DNA of 31,610 nt from Candidatus Methylomirabilis sp. (GCA_041498975.1 JBGQJI010000010.1:1-31610), one strand, 5' to 3'; numbered from the stretch's first letter, positions 8,563 to 18,668 are shown. The notes: generated by a model not told the origin, from the letters alone. Translations and numbers: made by a program.

Positions 8563-9144
8563 ATGCTTGAAGAAAATCGATCGGCGTTGAAAGAGTGGGC
8601 GGTGGTGGCGAGGGCCCTCGGGACCGGTCGCCAGACGCTGTTGCTCAGAAAGGGGGGGATCCACGAGCGGCGGGGAGAGTTCGAGGTGGAGCACCCCGAG
8701 TTCTTCATCTTCCCGACCTATCTCCATCAGAATCCACAGGACCTCCTTCCCGAGTTCGACGAAGAGCTCGCCTGGAGCGAGGCAGCCCGACCGGACGCTG
8801 GCTTGGTCTCGATCGACTATTACGCCTTGGTGAAAGAGGTGTTCCACGTGAGCGACCTGGGGCTGCTGAAGCCGCTCGAAAGGGAGCACATCCTATCGTG
8901 GTCCGCCGTAGAGCAGCGGTTTTTCTACAAAGGCCGTCCCGGTCTCCACGTCGTAGTTGTCAGAGTATACAAGCTCCCGCAGACCCTCACCATCCTCAAC
9001 ACGCGGCTCTACGATGGCTGTGTCTCCTGGGTCGAGCTCGATCGGCCGCTTCCTACAGCCGGCAGTCAGCCGGTCTTGCCGGAGATTGAGTTCGGTCATC
9101 GGCTGGAGGCGATTCGCCACGTCCTGACCCCGGTCACCGCGTGA
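8563..9144 (+). CDS. DUF1802 family protein
   Basis: ALKEWAVV..AL..GRQTLLLRKGGIHE, FPTYLHQ, YDGCVSWVEL. Confidence 0.88.
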   Translation: MLEENRSALKEWAVVARALGTGRQTLLLRKGGIHERRGEFEVEHPEFFIFPTYLHQNPQDLLPEFDEELAWSEAARPDAGLVSIDYYALVKEVFHVSDLGLLKPLEREHILSWSAVEQRFFYKGRPGLHVVVVRVYKLPQTLTILNTRLYDGCVSWVELDRPLPTAGSQPVLPEIEFGHRLEAIRHVLTPVTA

Positions 9145-9151
9145 CGGTCGC

Positions 9152-9547
9152 ATGCCGATGAAGCAGGCCCTCCTCATCGTCGATCACGGCAGTCGCCGCG
9201 AGGAATCGAACGATCTCCTCCGCGATATCGCGGGGATGATGCAGGAGCGCTTTGGCTTTAGCATCGTGCATTACGCCCATATGGAGCTGGGCAACCCGAC
9301 CATCGAGCAAGGGTTCGATGCCTGCGTCGCCGATGGGGCTGAGGAGGTCATCATCCATCCCTATTTCCTCGGGCCGGGGCGCCATGTTACCAGCGACATC
9401 CCGGACCTCGTCAAGCAGGCGGCCGACCGCCACCCAGGAATCGCCTTCCGGATCACAGAGCCGCTGGGCGTCCATCCGAAGATCGGAGAGGTGATCCTGG
9501 AACGGATTGCCCAGTCAGAGGTCACCGCTCGCAAGTCTGCCAAATGA
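9152..9547 (+). CDS. Small CbiX/SirB-type class II chelatase domain protein
   Basis: IVDHGSRR, AHMEL..PTI, HPYFLGPGRHVTSDIP, EPLGVHP. Confidence 0.88.
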   Translation: MPMKQALLIVDHGSRREESNDLLRDIAGMMQERFGFSIVHYAHMELGNPTIEQGFDACVADGAEEVIIHPYFLGPGRHVTSDIPDLVKQAADRHPGIAFRITEPLGVHPKIGEVILERIAQSEVTARKSAK

Positions 9548-10716
9548 TCAAGCGTGACCGCCTGAAGGCCCTGTTGCTGGACCTCATCCGGATCGACAGC
9601 GTCTCCCGGAGAGAGCGCTTGATCGCGCTCCGCCTGAAGCAGGAGCTGGAGTCCATAGGTGCCGAGGTCCGGATCGACGATGCCGGCGAGAAGGTTGGCG
9701 GCAACGTCGGCAACCTGATCGCCCGGCTCCCTGGGACGGCCGCGGCGGCGGCGCCCTTTCTCCTTTCCGCCCATATGGACACCGTGGTCCCCGGAGAGGG
9801 AGTTCAGCCGGTGATTGAAGGGGAGATCATCAGGAGCGATGGCACAACAGTCCTGGGCGGGGACGACAAGTCCGGCCTGGCGATCATCTGTGAGGTTGTC
9901 AGGAGTCTTGTCGAGCATAAGATCCCACGCGGTGATTTGGAGGTGGTCTTCACCATCTGTGAAGAGGTCGGGCTGCTGGGCGCCAAACACCTGGACACCG
10001 CACAACTGAAGGCACGCCGAGGGTTGGTCCTGGATAGCGAGGATGTGGGCTGTCTGTTCACGCGGGCGCCCGCCGCCGATCGAATGGAATTCCGAATCCA
10101 CGGTCTCGAGGCCCACGCCGGCGTCTGCCCGGAGCAAGGGATCAGCGCCATCCGCGTCGCAAGCCAAGCGATCGCAGGGATGCGGCTCGGTCGGATCGAT
10201 CACGAAACCACGGCCAACGTCGGGCTCATCCAGGGAGGCCTCGCCACGAACATCGTCCCTCCGATGGTCCTGGTCAAGGCCGAAGCGCGAAGCCACGATG
10301 AGGGCAAGCTCAGGGCCCAGACCGAACATATGCGGCGGTGTTTCGAAGAGGCCGCAGCGGCCGCTCAGGTTAAGCTGAACGGGGTCCTGCACATCGCCCG
10401 GGTGGAGGCGCAGGTCCAGCGAGACTACCCGAGGATGGTGGTATCAGACAGCGCTCCCATCGTCCGGCTGGTGGCGGAGGCGGCGAACGCCCTCGGATAT
10501 CAGGTCAAGACCATGGCCACTGGCGGCGGCTGTGATGCCAATATCTTCAACGGCAGCGGGATCGAATCGGCCAACCTCGGCACGGGCATGCAGGCGATCC
10601 ACACCCTTAAAGAGTCGCTGAACGTCCAGGAGCTGTGCAAGGCTGCGGAGATCGTGTTCGAGGCCGTTCGTCTGAACGCTGCACGGAAGGCGAGCTATAG
10701 CGAACGCATCAAATAG
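9544..10716 (+). CDS. M20B family metallopeptidase (peptidase T-like)
   Basis: SAHMDTV, LGGDDKSG, CEEVGLLG, AHAG, GGGCDAN, GTGMQAIHT; ATGA overlap with the cbiX-like gene. Confidence 0.9.
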   Translation: MIKRDRLKALLLDLIRIDSVSRRERLIALRLKQELESIGAEVRIDDAGEKVGGNVGNLIARLPGTAAAAAPFLLSAHMDTVVPGEGVQPVIEGEIIRSDGTTVLGGDDKSGLAIICEVVRSLVEHKIPRGDLEVVFTICEEVGLLGAKHLDTAQLKARRGLVLDSEDVGCLFTRAPAADRMEFRIHGLEAHAGVCPEQGISAIRVASQAIAGMRLGRIDHETTANVGLIQGGLATNIVPPMVLVKAEARSHDEGKLRAQTEHMRRCFEEAAAAAQVKLNGVLHIARVEAQVQRDYPRMVVSDSAPIVRLVAEAANALGYQVKTMATGGGCDANIFNGSGIESANLGTGMQAIHTLKESLNVQELCKAAEIVFEAVRLNAARKASYSERIK

Positions 10717-10725
10717 TGTTACTTT

Positions 10726-10832
10726 TGTCATTGCGAGCGACCAATGGGACTGTGGCAATGTCGCCTTTCTGGCTTAGGTCACAGCGAGATTGCTTCGTCC
10801 CCTTCGACTTGCTCAGGGTCCTCGCAATGACA
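10726..10832. repeat. Palindromic element, GTCATTGCGAG...CTCGCAATGAC family (complete copy without heptamer cargo)
   Basis: 12-bp terminal inverted repeats TGTCATTGCGAG / CTCGCAATGACA; internal GCAAT/ATTGC pairing. Confidence 0.8.
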
Positions 10833-10857
10833 TTTCCATTCTCTCGTTTGGATTAGC

Positions 10858-11403
10858 ATGGCCAAGGAAGGCACACACGATCACGGCCACCTTCACGCCC
10901 CCGACGCACCTTTCCGATATTGCCCGAGGTGTGGGGAGGGACTAAAACCAAGGCGAATGAAACCGGATGGGCCGGAGCTTCGGGCCTGTCCAAGCTGCTC
11001 ATTCGTCCATTACCATGACCCGAAGGTCGCCACCGGCACCCTGTTTACGCTCGATGGCGGTATCGTCCTCGTCCAGCGGGCGATCCCGCCCTCGTACGGC
11101 AAGTGGGTGTTTCCCGGCGGCTTCGTCGATAGAGGCGAGCGGTTGGAGGCCGCTGCGATCCGCGAGACCCGGGAAGAGGTCAACCTGGACGTCAGGATCG
11201 ACCGGCTCCTGAACGTCTATTCCTATGAGGATTCAGCAGTGGTGATCGTCGCGTATGCCGCCCATGTGGTGGGCGGGGAGCTTCAGGCGAAGGACGAAGC
11301 CCTCGATGTGAAGGTGTTCCATCCGGCACAGATTCCCTGGGAAGAGCTGGCGTTCCGCAGCACGCAGGACGCGATACGAGAATACATAGCCCATTACTTT
11401 TGA
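10858..11403 (+). CDS. NUDIX hydrolase with N-terminal zinc ribbon
   Basis: CPRCG...CPSC; Nudix box GGFVDRGERLEAAAIRETREEVNL. Confidence 0.92.
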   Translation: MAKEGTHDHGHLHAPDAPFRYCPRCGEGLKPRRMKPDGPELRACPSCSFVHYHDPKVATGTLFTLDGGIVLVQRAIPPSYGKWVFPGGFVDRGERLEAAAIRETREEVNLDVRIDRLLNVYSYEDSAVVIVAYAAHVVGGELQAKDEALDVKVFHPAQIPWEELAFRSTQDAIREYIAHYF

Positions 11404-11453
11404 CACGGAAGCCCCCTATGCACCTCGGCAGCATAATTCGCGAACCGACTTGA

Positions 11454-11519
11454 CCCCCTCGCCCGCACCCTCTCGCTCAAGGGAGAGGGTCCAGCCCTGA
11501 TCCCCCTCGCCCCCGGGGG
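11454..11519. repeat. REP-like palindromic element, second copy
   Basis: CCCCTCGCCCGCACCCTCTCGCTCAAGGGAGAGGG resembles 4767-4808. Confidence 0.6.
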
Positions 11520-11572
11520 TGTATAGACTGGGGACACAGGCAGTGAGGCCAGGGAAGAGAGGAGACGTGGCG

Positions 11573-12301
11573 ATGGCGGAGCAGGTGGAAAAAAACGATG
11601 ACACGCTGGCGACTTCGACGGTGCACTACACGAGCGGCGACATCCAGATGGCTGCCTACCTGGCCCGGCCGAAAGCCAAGGGGATGTACCCCGGCCTGAT
11701 TGTGATCCAGGAATGGTGGGGGCTGAACGAGCACATCAAGGATATTGCGCGGCGCTTCGCGCGCGAGGGGTACCTCGCGTTGGCGCCCGACCTTTACTCC
11801 TGCCTCGGTCACAAGGTCACGGCCGACCCGAACGAGGCCGGCCGGTTGATGAGCTCGTTGAAGCCAGAACAAGCCCTCAAGGACCTTCAGGCCACCCTTG
11901 CGTACCTCAAGACTATCGAAGGCGTCGCACCCGAACGGCTGGGCATCATCGGGTTCTGCATGGGCGGGACCTATGCCCTGCTCCTGCCTTGCCACACGCG
12001 GGAGATCAAGGCGGCAGCGCCCTTCTACGGCCAGGTCCCATCGCCGGCCGACCCGGTCAGGAACCTGGCCTGCCCAATCCTCTACATCTACGGCGACGCG
12101 GACGGCTGGATCACCATGGCCGACGTCAATCGACTCCAGGAGGGGATGAAGCGGTACGGAAAGGCCGGAGAGGTGAAGATCTATTCCGGAGCGCCCCATG
12201 CCTTCTTCAACAACACCAGGAAAGACGTCTATCGCCCGGCCGACGCGAAGGACGCCTGGACCCACGTACTGAAGTTTTTCGCGGGTCACCTGAAAAGTTA
12301 G
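11573..12301 (+). CDS. Dienelactone hydrolase family protein
   Basis: IQEWWGLN, ALAPDLY, GFCMGG nucleophile, GDAD, APHAF; start moved to ATG 11573 after SD GAGGAG. Confidence 0.92.
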   Translation: MAEQVEKNDDTLATSTVHYTSGDIQMAAYLARPKAKGMYPGLIVIQEWWGLNEHIKDIARRFAREGYLALAPDLYSCLGHKVTADPNEAGRLMSSLKPEQALKDLQATLAYLKTIEGVAPERLGIIGFCMGGTYALLLPCHTREIKAAAPFYGQVPSPADPVRNLACPILYIYGDADGWITMADVNRLQEGMKRYGKAGEVKIYSGAPHAFFNNTRKDVYRPADAKDAWTHVLKFFAGHLKS

Positions 12302-12335
12302 GCGATCGTTTCGCAGATAGTGCACAAAGAAGGCT

Positions 12336-12495
12336 GTCATTGCGAGCGACTGCGCTTCGCAGTTCCAGGTTCCGGGTTCCAGGTTCTGCGTTACTTAAAA
12401 CTTGGAATTCGGCACTTGGAACCTCGAACCTTGTTGAGATTGCGGAGCCTGCCCTGAGGATACCCGAAGGGGTCGCGACGCTCCCTCGCAATGAC
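12336..12495. repeat. Composite palindromic element: GTCATTGCGAG shell with nested heptamer hairpin
   Basis: Terminal IRs GTCATTGCGAG/CTCGCAATGAC; inner GTTCCAG-like repeats followed by GGAACCT-like repeats. Confidence 0.8.
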
Positions 12496-12559
12496 GCCGG
12501 GGGACTTTCGGAGCAATGATAAGAGACGCGGACTTTCTTAACCGCCGAAAGAAGTAGGA

Positions 12560-13423
12560 ATGGCTTCACTGCGTGACACCGGCAAAGATTATTACGCCAT
12601 CCTCGGCGTCCAGGAGGCCGCCACAGAGGAGGAGTTGAAGAAGGCCTATCGACGCCTGGCGCTGCAGTACCACCCCGACAGGAACCCCGGCGATCGCAAG
12701 GCCGAGGAACGGTTTAAGGCAATCAGCGAGGCCTATGCCGTCCTGATGGACCACCAGAAGCGGCGGCAGTACGATTCTTTTCGTCGGGCGCAGGCGACGT
12801 CGGGGCGGGCGACGGGCGGCTTTAGCTACTCTCAGGAAGAGATCTTCCGCGATCTCTTCACCAATCCCGATCTGTCGTCGATCTTTCAGGAAATGAACAA
12901 GGAATTCTCAAGGGCCGGCATCCGTTTCGACGACACCTTTGTTCGCCAGATCTTCCTCGGGGGCCGCGGGTTCGTCTTCGGCGGCGTCTTCATCGGCGCG
13001 CCGATCGGCGTGCTCTGGCGGCGCATGTCCCGTATGGCGGCTGACCGGGGGCCGGGCAGGTCACAGGTCGAAGAGGCGAAAGGTCCTCAATCGCCGGACG
13101 AGGGCAAGCATGGGGGACTACTCTCCACCATCGGCCGTGGGATAAAGGAGGGCTTCAACCTGCTGAAACAGATGGTCTCAGGAGCCGTCACCCCCGAGCG
13201 TGGCGGGCTCAATGTCCGGTATCATCTGACCATCACCCCGCAGGAAGCCGCCTCAGGCGCGCGGAGGCGGGTCGCCTTCATGAGGGGGGATCAGCTCGAG
13301 GAGCTGATCGTCACGATCCCCCCCGAGATCCGATCGGGGACGCGGCTTCGGCTGAAAGGGAAAGGGCTCGAGGGTGCGGGCGGCGCTCGCGGCGATCTCT
13401 ACCTGCGGGTGACAGTCGCGTAA
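12560..13423 (+). CDS. DnaJ/CbpA-like J-domain protein
   Basis: [25 protein letters not shown]; partial C-terminal domain LRLKGKG...GDLYL; no zinc finger. Confidence 0.9.
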   Translation: MASLRDTGKDYYAILGVQEAATEEELKKAYRRLALQYHPDRNPGDRKAEERFKAISEAYAVLMDHQKRRQYDSFRRAQATSGRATGGFSYSQEEIFRDLFTNPDLSSIFQEMNKEFSRAGIRFDDTFVRQIFLGGRGFVFGGVFIGAPIGVLWRRMSRMAADRGPGRSQVEEAKGPQSPDEGKHGGLLSTIGRGIKEGFNLLKQMVSGAVTPERGGLNVRYHLTITPQEAASGARRRVAFMRGDQLEELIVTIPPEIRSGTRLRLKGKGLEGAGGARGDLYLRVTVA

Positions 13424-13489
13424 AGCAGAGAATGCATACCCCCGCACTCTATGAAATGTTACGACGAGCGAATCAGCGGCTTTGCCCGT

Positions 13490-13626
13490 GTCATTGCGAG
13501 GAGCGGAGCGACGAGGCAACCTCAAAGATTTGTAGAGCGCTGATCTCGGAATCTGGAATGAAGAAGAGAAATGTGGGGGGAACGCTTGCGCTGCCTGAAG
13601 AGGGCGCGGCAAGCAGCGCCCCTACA
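13490..13626. repeat. Repeat mosaic: left half of the GTCATTGCGAG element plus a REP-like AGGGCGC..GCGCCCCTACA unit
   Basis: GTCATTGCGAGGAGCGGAGCGACGAGGCAACCTC at 13490; GGGCGCGGCAAGCAGCGCCCCTACA ending at 13626. Confidence 0.6.
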
Positions 13627-13831
13627 AATCCGCAACCTGACTGCGTCACGTCACGTAGGGCCTCCGCAACCGACGCTTTTTCAGCCAGCGGGCGATTTCG
13701 CTTGACACCAGGGAGAAAGATGGGCTACCTAACATTCAGCCTCTTGATGGGGCCTTAGGGGAAAGGCAGGGCCATGTGGCCCGCAAGGGACAAACGAATA
13801 GGTTGGAGTCGGTCGTTTCATCGTCGGATGG

Positions 13832-13875
13832 AAAGGCCCTTCGGGGAGTGATGATAGCCGGAGGGCTTTTGTTTT
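13832..13875 (+). terminator. Intrinsic terminator/attenuator in the leader of the MEDS kinase
   Basis: Stem AAAGGCCCTTCGG / CCGGAGGGCTTTT, 13-nt loop, then TTTTGTTTT; downstream of a TTGACA at 13702. Confidence 0.6.
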
Positions 13876-13923
13876 GGAGATGGTCGCAGGGTTGGTGCAC
13901 CACGAATCAAGGGAGGGGATCTG

Positions 13924-16900
13924 ATGCAGGGTGAGCTAGAGAGGCAGATCGCACTCCTGCGGCCGGGCGACCATCTCTGCCTGATTTACGAAGACGCGCC
14001 GGAGCAGATGAAGGCCATCGTGCCCTTTGTAGAGGCAGGTCTCCGCCGCGGTGAGTGTTGCGTCTACATCGCTGACGATGACACCACTGCTGGAATGGCC
14101 ACCGCACTCGCGGCCTCAGGGGTCGACGTCCCTCGTGAGCTTGAGCGGGGCGCGCTGGTTTTTCTCACCGAACGGGACACGTACCAGCGTGGCGGGGCAT
14201 TCGATCCGGAGGCGATGATCGAGCTCCTTCGCGAGACGCTGGAGCGGGCGCTCGCGAAGGGCTCTGCCGGCCTCAGGGTAACCGGCGAGATGAAATGGGC
14301 GCTTGGGCCGGACGTGGGCTGCGAACGGCTGATCGAGTACGAGGCCAGGCTTAACATGTTTCTACCCGGCACTCGAACGCTCGCCATCTGCCGATACCCC
14401 CGACTTCCGTTCCCGCCGACCGTCCTACGGGATGTCCTGCACACCCATCCCGTAGCCATTCTAGGCGACCAGGTGTGCCGGAATCCGTACTATCGATCGC
14501 CAGACTTGGTCATCGCCCAGGCGTCCGAAGCGGAACGGCTGGACTGGATGATCGCCAACATGAAGCGGGCGCACGCGGCAGAGGAAGCATTACGGCAGAG
14601 CGAAGAGCGTTATCGTTACTTGGTGGAAAACGGCCGAGGGCTCATCTGTACCCACAACCTCGCCGGCACGCTGTTGTCGGTTAACCCAGCCGCAGCCGCT
14701 CTGCTGGGCTACCAGCCGGCTGAACTCGTCGGGAGGAACCTTCTCGAGTTTCTCGCGCCGTCTGTTCGGGGCCTTCTCGGCGATTACCTCGATCGTATTC
14801 GGCGGCAGCCGGCCGACAGCGGCCTCCTGCGGGTCGTGACGAAAGTGGGGGAAGAACGAATCTGGATGTACCGGAACGCTCGGATTGAGGAGCCAGGAAA
14901 AGCGCCTTACGTGCTGGGCCATGCGCAGGATATTACTGAGCTCGAGCGAAAGAATATGGGTCGTCTTGAAGCGGCGCTGTCGCTGCTCAGTGCCACGCTG
15001 GAGTCCACCGCCGACGGCATCCTCGTAGTGGATCAGGCGGGCAAGATCGTGAGCTTTAACCGCAAGTTCGCGGACATGTGGCGTATCCCCGAGACCGTCC
15101 TCGCCGCGCACGACGACTCACGGGCGCTGGACCTTGTCCTCGATCAGCTCGAGGATCCGGAAGGATTTCTCAGGAGGGTGCGCCAACTCTACGACCAACC
15201 GGAGCTCGCGAGCTTTGACGTCCTGAGATTCAAGGATGGGAGAATCTTCGAGCGCTATTCGCAGCCGCAGCGAGTCGGCCCCCGATGCGCGGGAAGAGTA
15301 TGGAGCTTCCGTGACGTCACCGAGCGGAAGCAGCTCGAGGACGCGCTGCGACAGAGCGAACAGGAATTGAACGACTTCTTTGAAAATGCTGTGGTGGGTC
15401 TGCACTGGGTGGGGCCGGATGGGTACATTCTTCGCGCGAATCAGGCAGAGCTGAAATTGTTGGGATACACGCGGGAGGAGTACGTCGGTCACCACATTTC
15501 CGAGTTTCATGCCGATCGAAAAGTGGCTGATGATATCCTCGAACGCTTGACGAGGAACGAGACGTTGCGAAACCATGAAGCCCTCCTTCGGCACAAAGAT
15601 GGTTCCATCAAGCATGTCCTCATCGATTCGAATGTGTTCCGGCGGGATGGCAGATTCGTTCACTCGCGCTGTATCACCCGCGATATCACCGAGCGCATGC
15701 AGGTGGAGGCGGCGCTGCGGAAGAGTGAAGAACGGTATCGGACGCTGTACGAAGACAATCCAACCATGTACTTCACGATGAGTCCAGAGGGCAGAATCCT
15801 ATCCGTCAACCAGTTTGGGGCCGCCCAACTGGGGTACACGTGTGAGGAACTGGTCGGGAGATCGGTCCTTGACGTGATTCACAGTGATGACAGGATCGCG
15901 GCCTGGGACCACCTGAAAGCGTGTGTGGAGCGCCCCGGGCAGGTCGGCCACTGGGAATTCCGGAAGATCCGAAAAGACGGGACCGTGGTGTGGGTGAAAG
16001 AGGTGGCTCACACCGTGAAGAGGACTGACGGGAACCCCATTGTCCTCATTGTCTGCGAAGACGTCACGCAGCTCAAGGAGGCGCAGGCGGCACTCTCCCA
16101 GGTGGCGGCCATTGTGGAGTCTTCCGACGATGCGATCATCGGCAAGACACTGGAAGGCCTCATTATCAGTTGGAATTCCGGCGCGGAGAGGATTTTTGGC
16201 TACCCCCTTGAGGAGGTCAAGGGCCGGCATATCTCCATCCTCGCGCCCCCGGACCGCCGGGACGAAGGGATACGGATCCTTGAAAGAATCAAGCGCGGAG
16301 AGCGCGTTGATCATCATGAAACTGTGCGTGTCAGAAGGGATGGCCGTCAAATTCACGTCTCGCTAACAATCTCCCCGATCAAGGATACGGCTGGCAGGAT
16401 TACAGGCGCCTCGGCTATCACTCGAGACATCACCGAACGCAAGCGGGCGGAGGCGACCCGGCAAGCTCTCTACCAGGCAAGTCTCCAGATCCAGGAACCG
16501 CTGGAGCTTGAGAAGCGGCTCAGTCGCCTCCTTCAGACAGCGAAGACGGTGTTGGAGCTGGATCGCGTCAACATCCTGCTCGCCGATCCGGCGGAACAGT
16601 GGCTGCAGGCAGTGGCCGCCCTGGGGAGTGAGGAGCCTCTTGAGAAAATACGGGTCCGGATTGGGCCGGAGGGGGGCGCTATCGCAGAGGCATACCGCAC
16701 CCAGCAGATGATCGCCTGGGATGGCCGGGCGCCGGTTCCTGCGGGGCTGCGGCTGCATTCGCCCTATGACCAGATTGAGGCCCTCCGCTCCCAGGTCTTC
16801 GCGAACGTGCCACTGATGGTTCGGGGTCGGGCAATCGGGGTCCTGGGGGCCGATCGGAAGCACAGCCGGCGGCCGCTCGATGCGGCCACCTTGGAGCTGC

Positions 16901-17673
16901 TACAGCTCTTTGCCGCGCAGGCCGCCCTCGCCATCGAGCAGGCGCGACTGTTCGAGCAGGTACTGGCCGGGCGCGAGCGTTTGCAGGCCCTCTCCCATCG
17001 GTTAGTGTCGGTGCAGGAAGCCGAGCGCCGCCAGCTCGCCCGCGAACTGCATGACGAGATCGGCCAGATACTGACCGGGATCAAACTCACCCTGGAGATG
17101 AGCGCGCGCCTTCCGGCCGATGCCGTCAAAACCACCATTGGCGAAGCACAACTGCTGGTCAATGAGCTTATGGGGCGAGTTCGCGAGCTGGCGCTCGATC
17201 TGCGGCCCGCGATGCTGGATGATCTTGGTCTTCAATCCACGTTGCTGTGGCACTTCGAGCGGTTCACTGGTCAGACGCACGTGCGAGTGGCCTTCTCACA
17301 TTCCAGATTGGAGGAACGCGCGCCGCCGGAGGTCGAAACGGCCGCCTACCGCATCGTACAAGAAGCGCTAACGAATGTCGCCCGCCACGCCGGCGTGACA
17401 GCGGTGACGGTCCGCGCCTGGGCCGACTCCGACCGGCTGGCCGTGCAGATCGAAGATCGAGGCTGCGGCTTCGACCTCCCGGCCGCCCTGGCCACGCACA
17501 CCACCAGCGGCTTGGCCGGGATGCGGGAGCGGGCCACCTTGTTGGGCGGGAGGTTGACGGTGGAGTCGGCCCCAGGTGAAGGAACCCTTGTGACAGCCGA
17601 ATTCCCTCTGGCGCGTCCAAACTTGGAGCGAAGAGGCAGAGATGGCCGCAACGACAATCGTGCTGGCGGATGA
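13924..17673 (+). CDS. Cytoplasmic sensor histidine kinase: MEDS - 5 PAS - GAF - HisKA_3 - HATPase
   Basis: MEDS motifs (GDHLCLIYE, LRVTGEM.WAL, IEYEARLN, DVLHTHP); repeated PAS/PAC ends (DITE); ERRQLARELHDEIGQ H-box, QEALTNVARHA, GLAGMRER. Confidence 0.92.
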   Translation: MQGELERQIALLRPGDHLCLIYEDAPEQMKAIVPFVEAGLRRGECCVYIADDDTTAGMATALAASGVDVPRELERGALVFLTERDTYQRGGAFDPEAMIELLRETLERALAKGSAGLRVTGEMKWALGPDVGCERLIEYEARLNMFLPGTRTLAICRYPRLPFPPTVLRDVLHTHPVAILGDQVCRNPYYRSPDLVIAQASEAERLDWMIANMKRAHAAEEALRQSEERYRYLVENGRGLICTHNLAGTLLSVNPAAAALLGYQPAELVGRNLLEFLAPSVRGLLGDYLDRIRRQPADSGLLRVVTKVGEERIWMYRNARIEEPGKAPYVLGHAQDITELERKNMGRLEAALSLLSATLESTADGILVVDQAGKIVSFNRKFADMWRIPETVLAAHDDSRALDLVLDQLEDPEGFLRRVRQLYDQPELASFDVLRFKDGRIFERYSQPQRVGPRCAGRVWSFRDVTERKQLEDALRQSEQELNDFFENAVVGLHWVGPDGYILRANQAELKLLGYTREEYVGHHISEFHADRKVADDILERLTRNETLRNHEALLRHKDGSIKHVLIDSNVFRRDGRFVHSRCITRDITERMQVEAALRKSEERYRTLYEDNPTMYFTMSPEGRILSVNQFGAAQLGYTCEELVGRSVLDVIHSDDRIAAWDHLKACVERPGQVGHWEFRKIRKDGTVVWVKEVAHTVKRTDGNPIVLIVCEDVTQLKEAQAALSQVAAIVESSDDAIIGKTLEGLIISWNSGAERIFGYPLEEVKGRHISILAPPDRRDEGIRILERIKRGERVDHHETVRVRRDGRQIHVSLTISPIKDTAGRITGASAITRDITERKRAEATRQALYQASLQIQEPLELEKRLSRLLQTAKTVLELDRVNILLADPAEQWLQAVAALGSEEPLEKIRVRIGPEGGAIAEAYRTQQMIAWDGRAPVPAGLRLHSPYDQIEALRSQVFANVPLMVRGRAIGVLGADRKHSRRPLDAATLELLQLFAAQAALAIEQARLFEQVLAGRERLQALSHRLVSVQEAERRQLARELHDEIGQILTGIKLTLEMSARLPADAVKTTIGEAQLLVNELMGRVRELALDLRPAMLDDLGLQSTLLWHFERFTGQTHVRVAFSHSRLEERAPPEVETAAYRIVQEALTNVARHAGVTAVTVRAWADSDRLAVQIEDRGCGFDLPAALATHTTSGLAGMRERATLLGGRLTVESAPGEGTLVTAEFPLARPNLERRGRDGRNDNRAGG

Positions 17674-18298
17674 CCACCAGGTCGTCCGACAGGGTCTGCG
17701 GGCCCTCCTGGAAACCGAGCCGGACTTTCGACTTATCGGGGAGGCGGGCGATGGTCTGGAGGCGGCTGAACTGATCGAACGTCTACAGCCCGACGTGTTG
17801 GTGCTCGACCTGATGATGTCTGGCTTGAGCGGCCTGGAGGTCACGCGGCTGGCGCGCAAGTGCTCACCCCGAACCCATGTCCTGATCCTCTCGATGCACG
17901 CCGATGAAGCCTATGTGCTGGAGGCTCTGAAAAATGGCGCAGCAGGCTACGTTCTTAAGGATTCCAGCGCAGCCGACCTGGTGCAGGCGGTGCGCGAGGT
18001 GACCGCCGGCCGACGTTACCTCAGCCCGCCGCTTTCAGAGCGCGCCATCGAGCAATATGCACAGAAGGCAGAAGCCGCAGCTCGGGATAGCTATGAAACG
18101 CTGACGACACGCGAGCGGGGAGTGTTGCACCTGGCGGCCGAGGGCAAAACGAACCCCGAGATTGCAGGTCGGCTCGGAATCAGCCCCCGCACGGCTGAGA
18201 CGCATCGGGCCAACCTCATGCGCAAGCTGGGGCTGCACACTCAGACCGACCTGGTCCGCTACGCCATCCGGCGGGGAATCCTCCCCCTGAACGACTGA
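17642..18298 (+). CDS. NarL/FixJ (LuxR-type HTH) response regulator
   Basis: LADDH, VLDLMM, GYVLK, LTTRE...ISPRTAETHRANLMRKLGL; overlaps the kinase 3' end. Confidence 0.95.
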   Translation: MAATTIVLADDHQVVRQGLRALLETEPDFRLIGEAGDGLEAAELIERLQPDVLVLDLMMSGLSGLEVTRLARKCSPRTHVLILSMHADEAYVLEALKNGAAGYVLKDSSAADLVQAVREVTAGRRYLSPPLSERAIEQYAQKAEAAARDSYETLTTRERGVLHLAAEGKTNPEIAGRLGISPRTAETHRANLMRKLGLHTQTDLVRYAIRRGILPLND

Positions 18299-18392
18299 CC
18301 TTTTCCGATCGCCCGGGGTGAGGGCAACCAGCCCCTTGACATTGTGCCCACATAATGGAATAATGACGCTACATTGGAGTGGTGGGGGAGTG

Positions 18393-18621
18393 GCGTCATT
18401 GCGAGCTTTGCAGTCTCGGGTTCGGCTTCGCAGTTCAATGTTCCACGTTCCGCGTTCCAGGCTAAGAGCAGGCCCTACCACACCTTCAACTTGGGTCATG
18501 TAACCTGGAACCTGGCACATGGAACCTGGAACTTTACCAGGCACTTGGAACCTCGAACCTTGTTGAGATTGCGCAGCTTGCCCCGAGCAGCGGCGAGGGG
18601 TCTCGCTCCTCGCAATGACGC
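18393..18621. repeat. Composite palindromic element (larger copy) with nested heptamer hairpins
   Basis: 13-bp IRs GCGTCATTGCGAG / CTCGCAATGACGC; shares GGCACTTGGAACCTCGAACCTTGTTGAGATTGCG exactly with the 12.4 kb copy. Confidence 0.8.
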
Positions 18622-18668
18622 GAGTGAGGGGGACTTTCGAAGCCATAGTAGTTCACTAGGAGAAGAGA

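Noticed and set aside
12336..18621. Repeats interpreted as a CRISPR array
   Set aside because: No regular repeat-spacer periodicity and no cas genes; the repeats are dispersed palindromes
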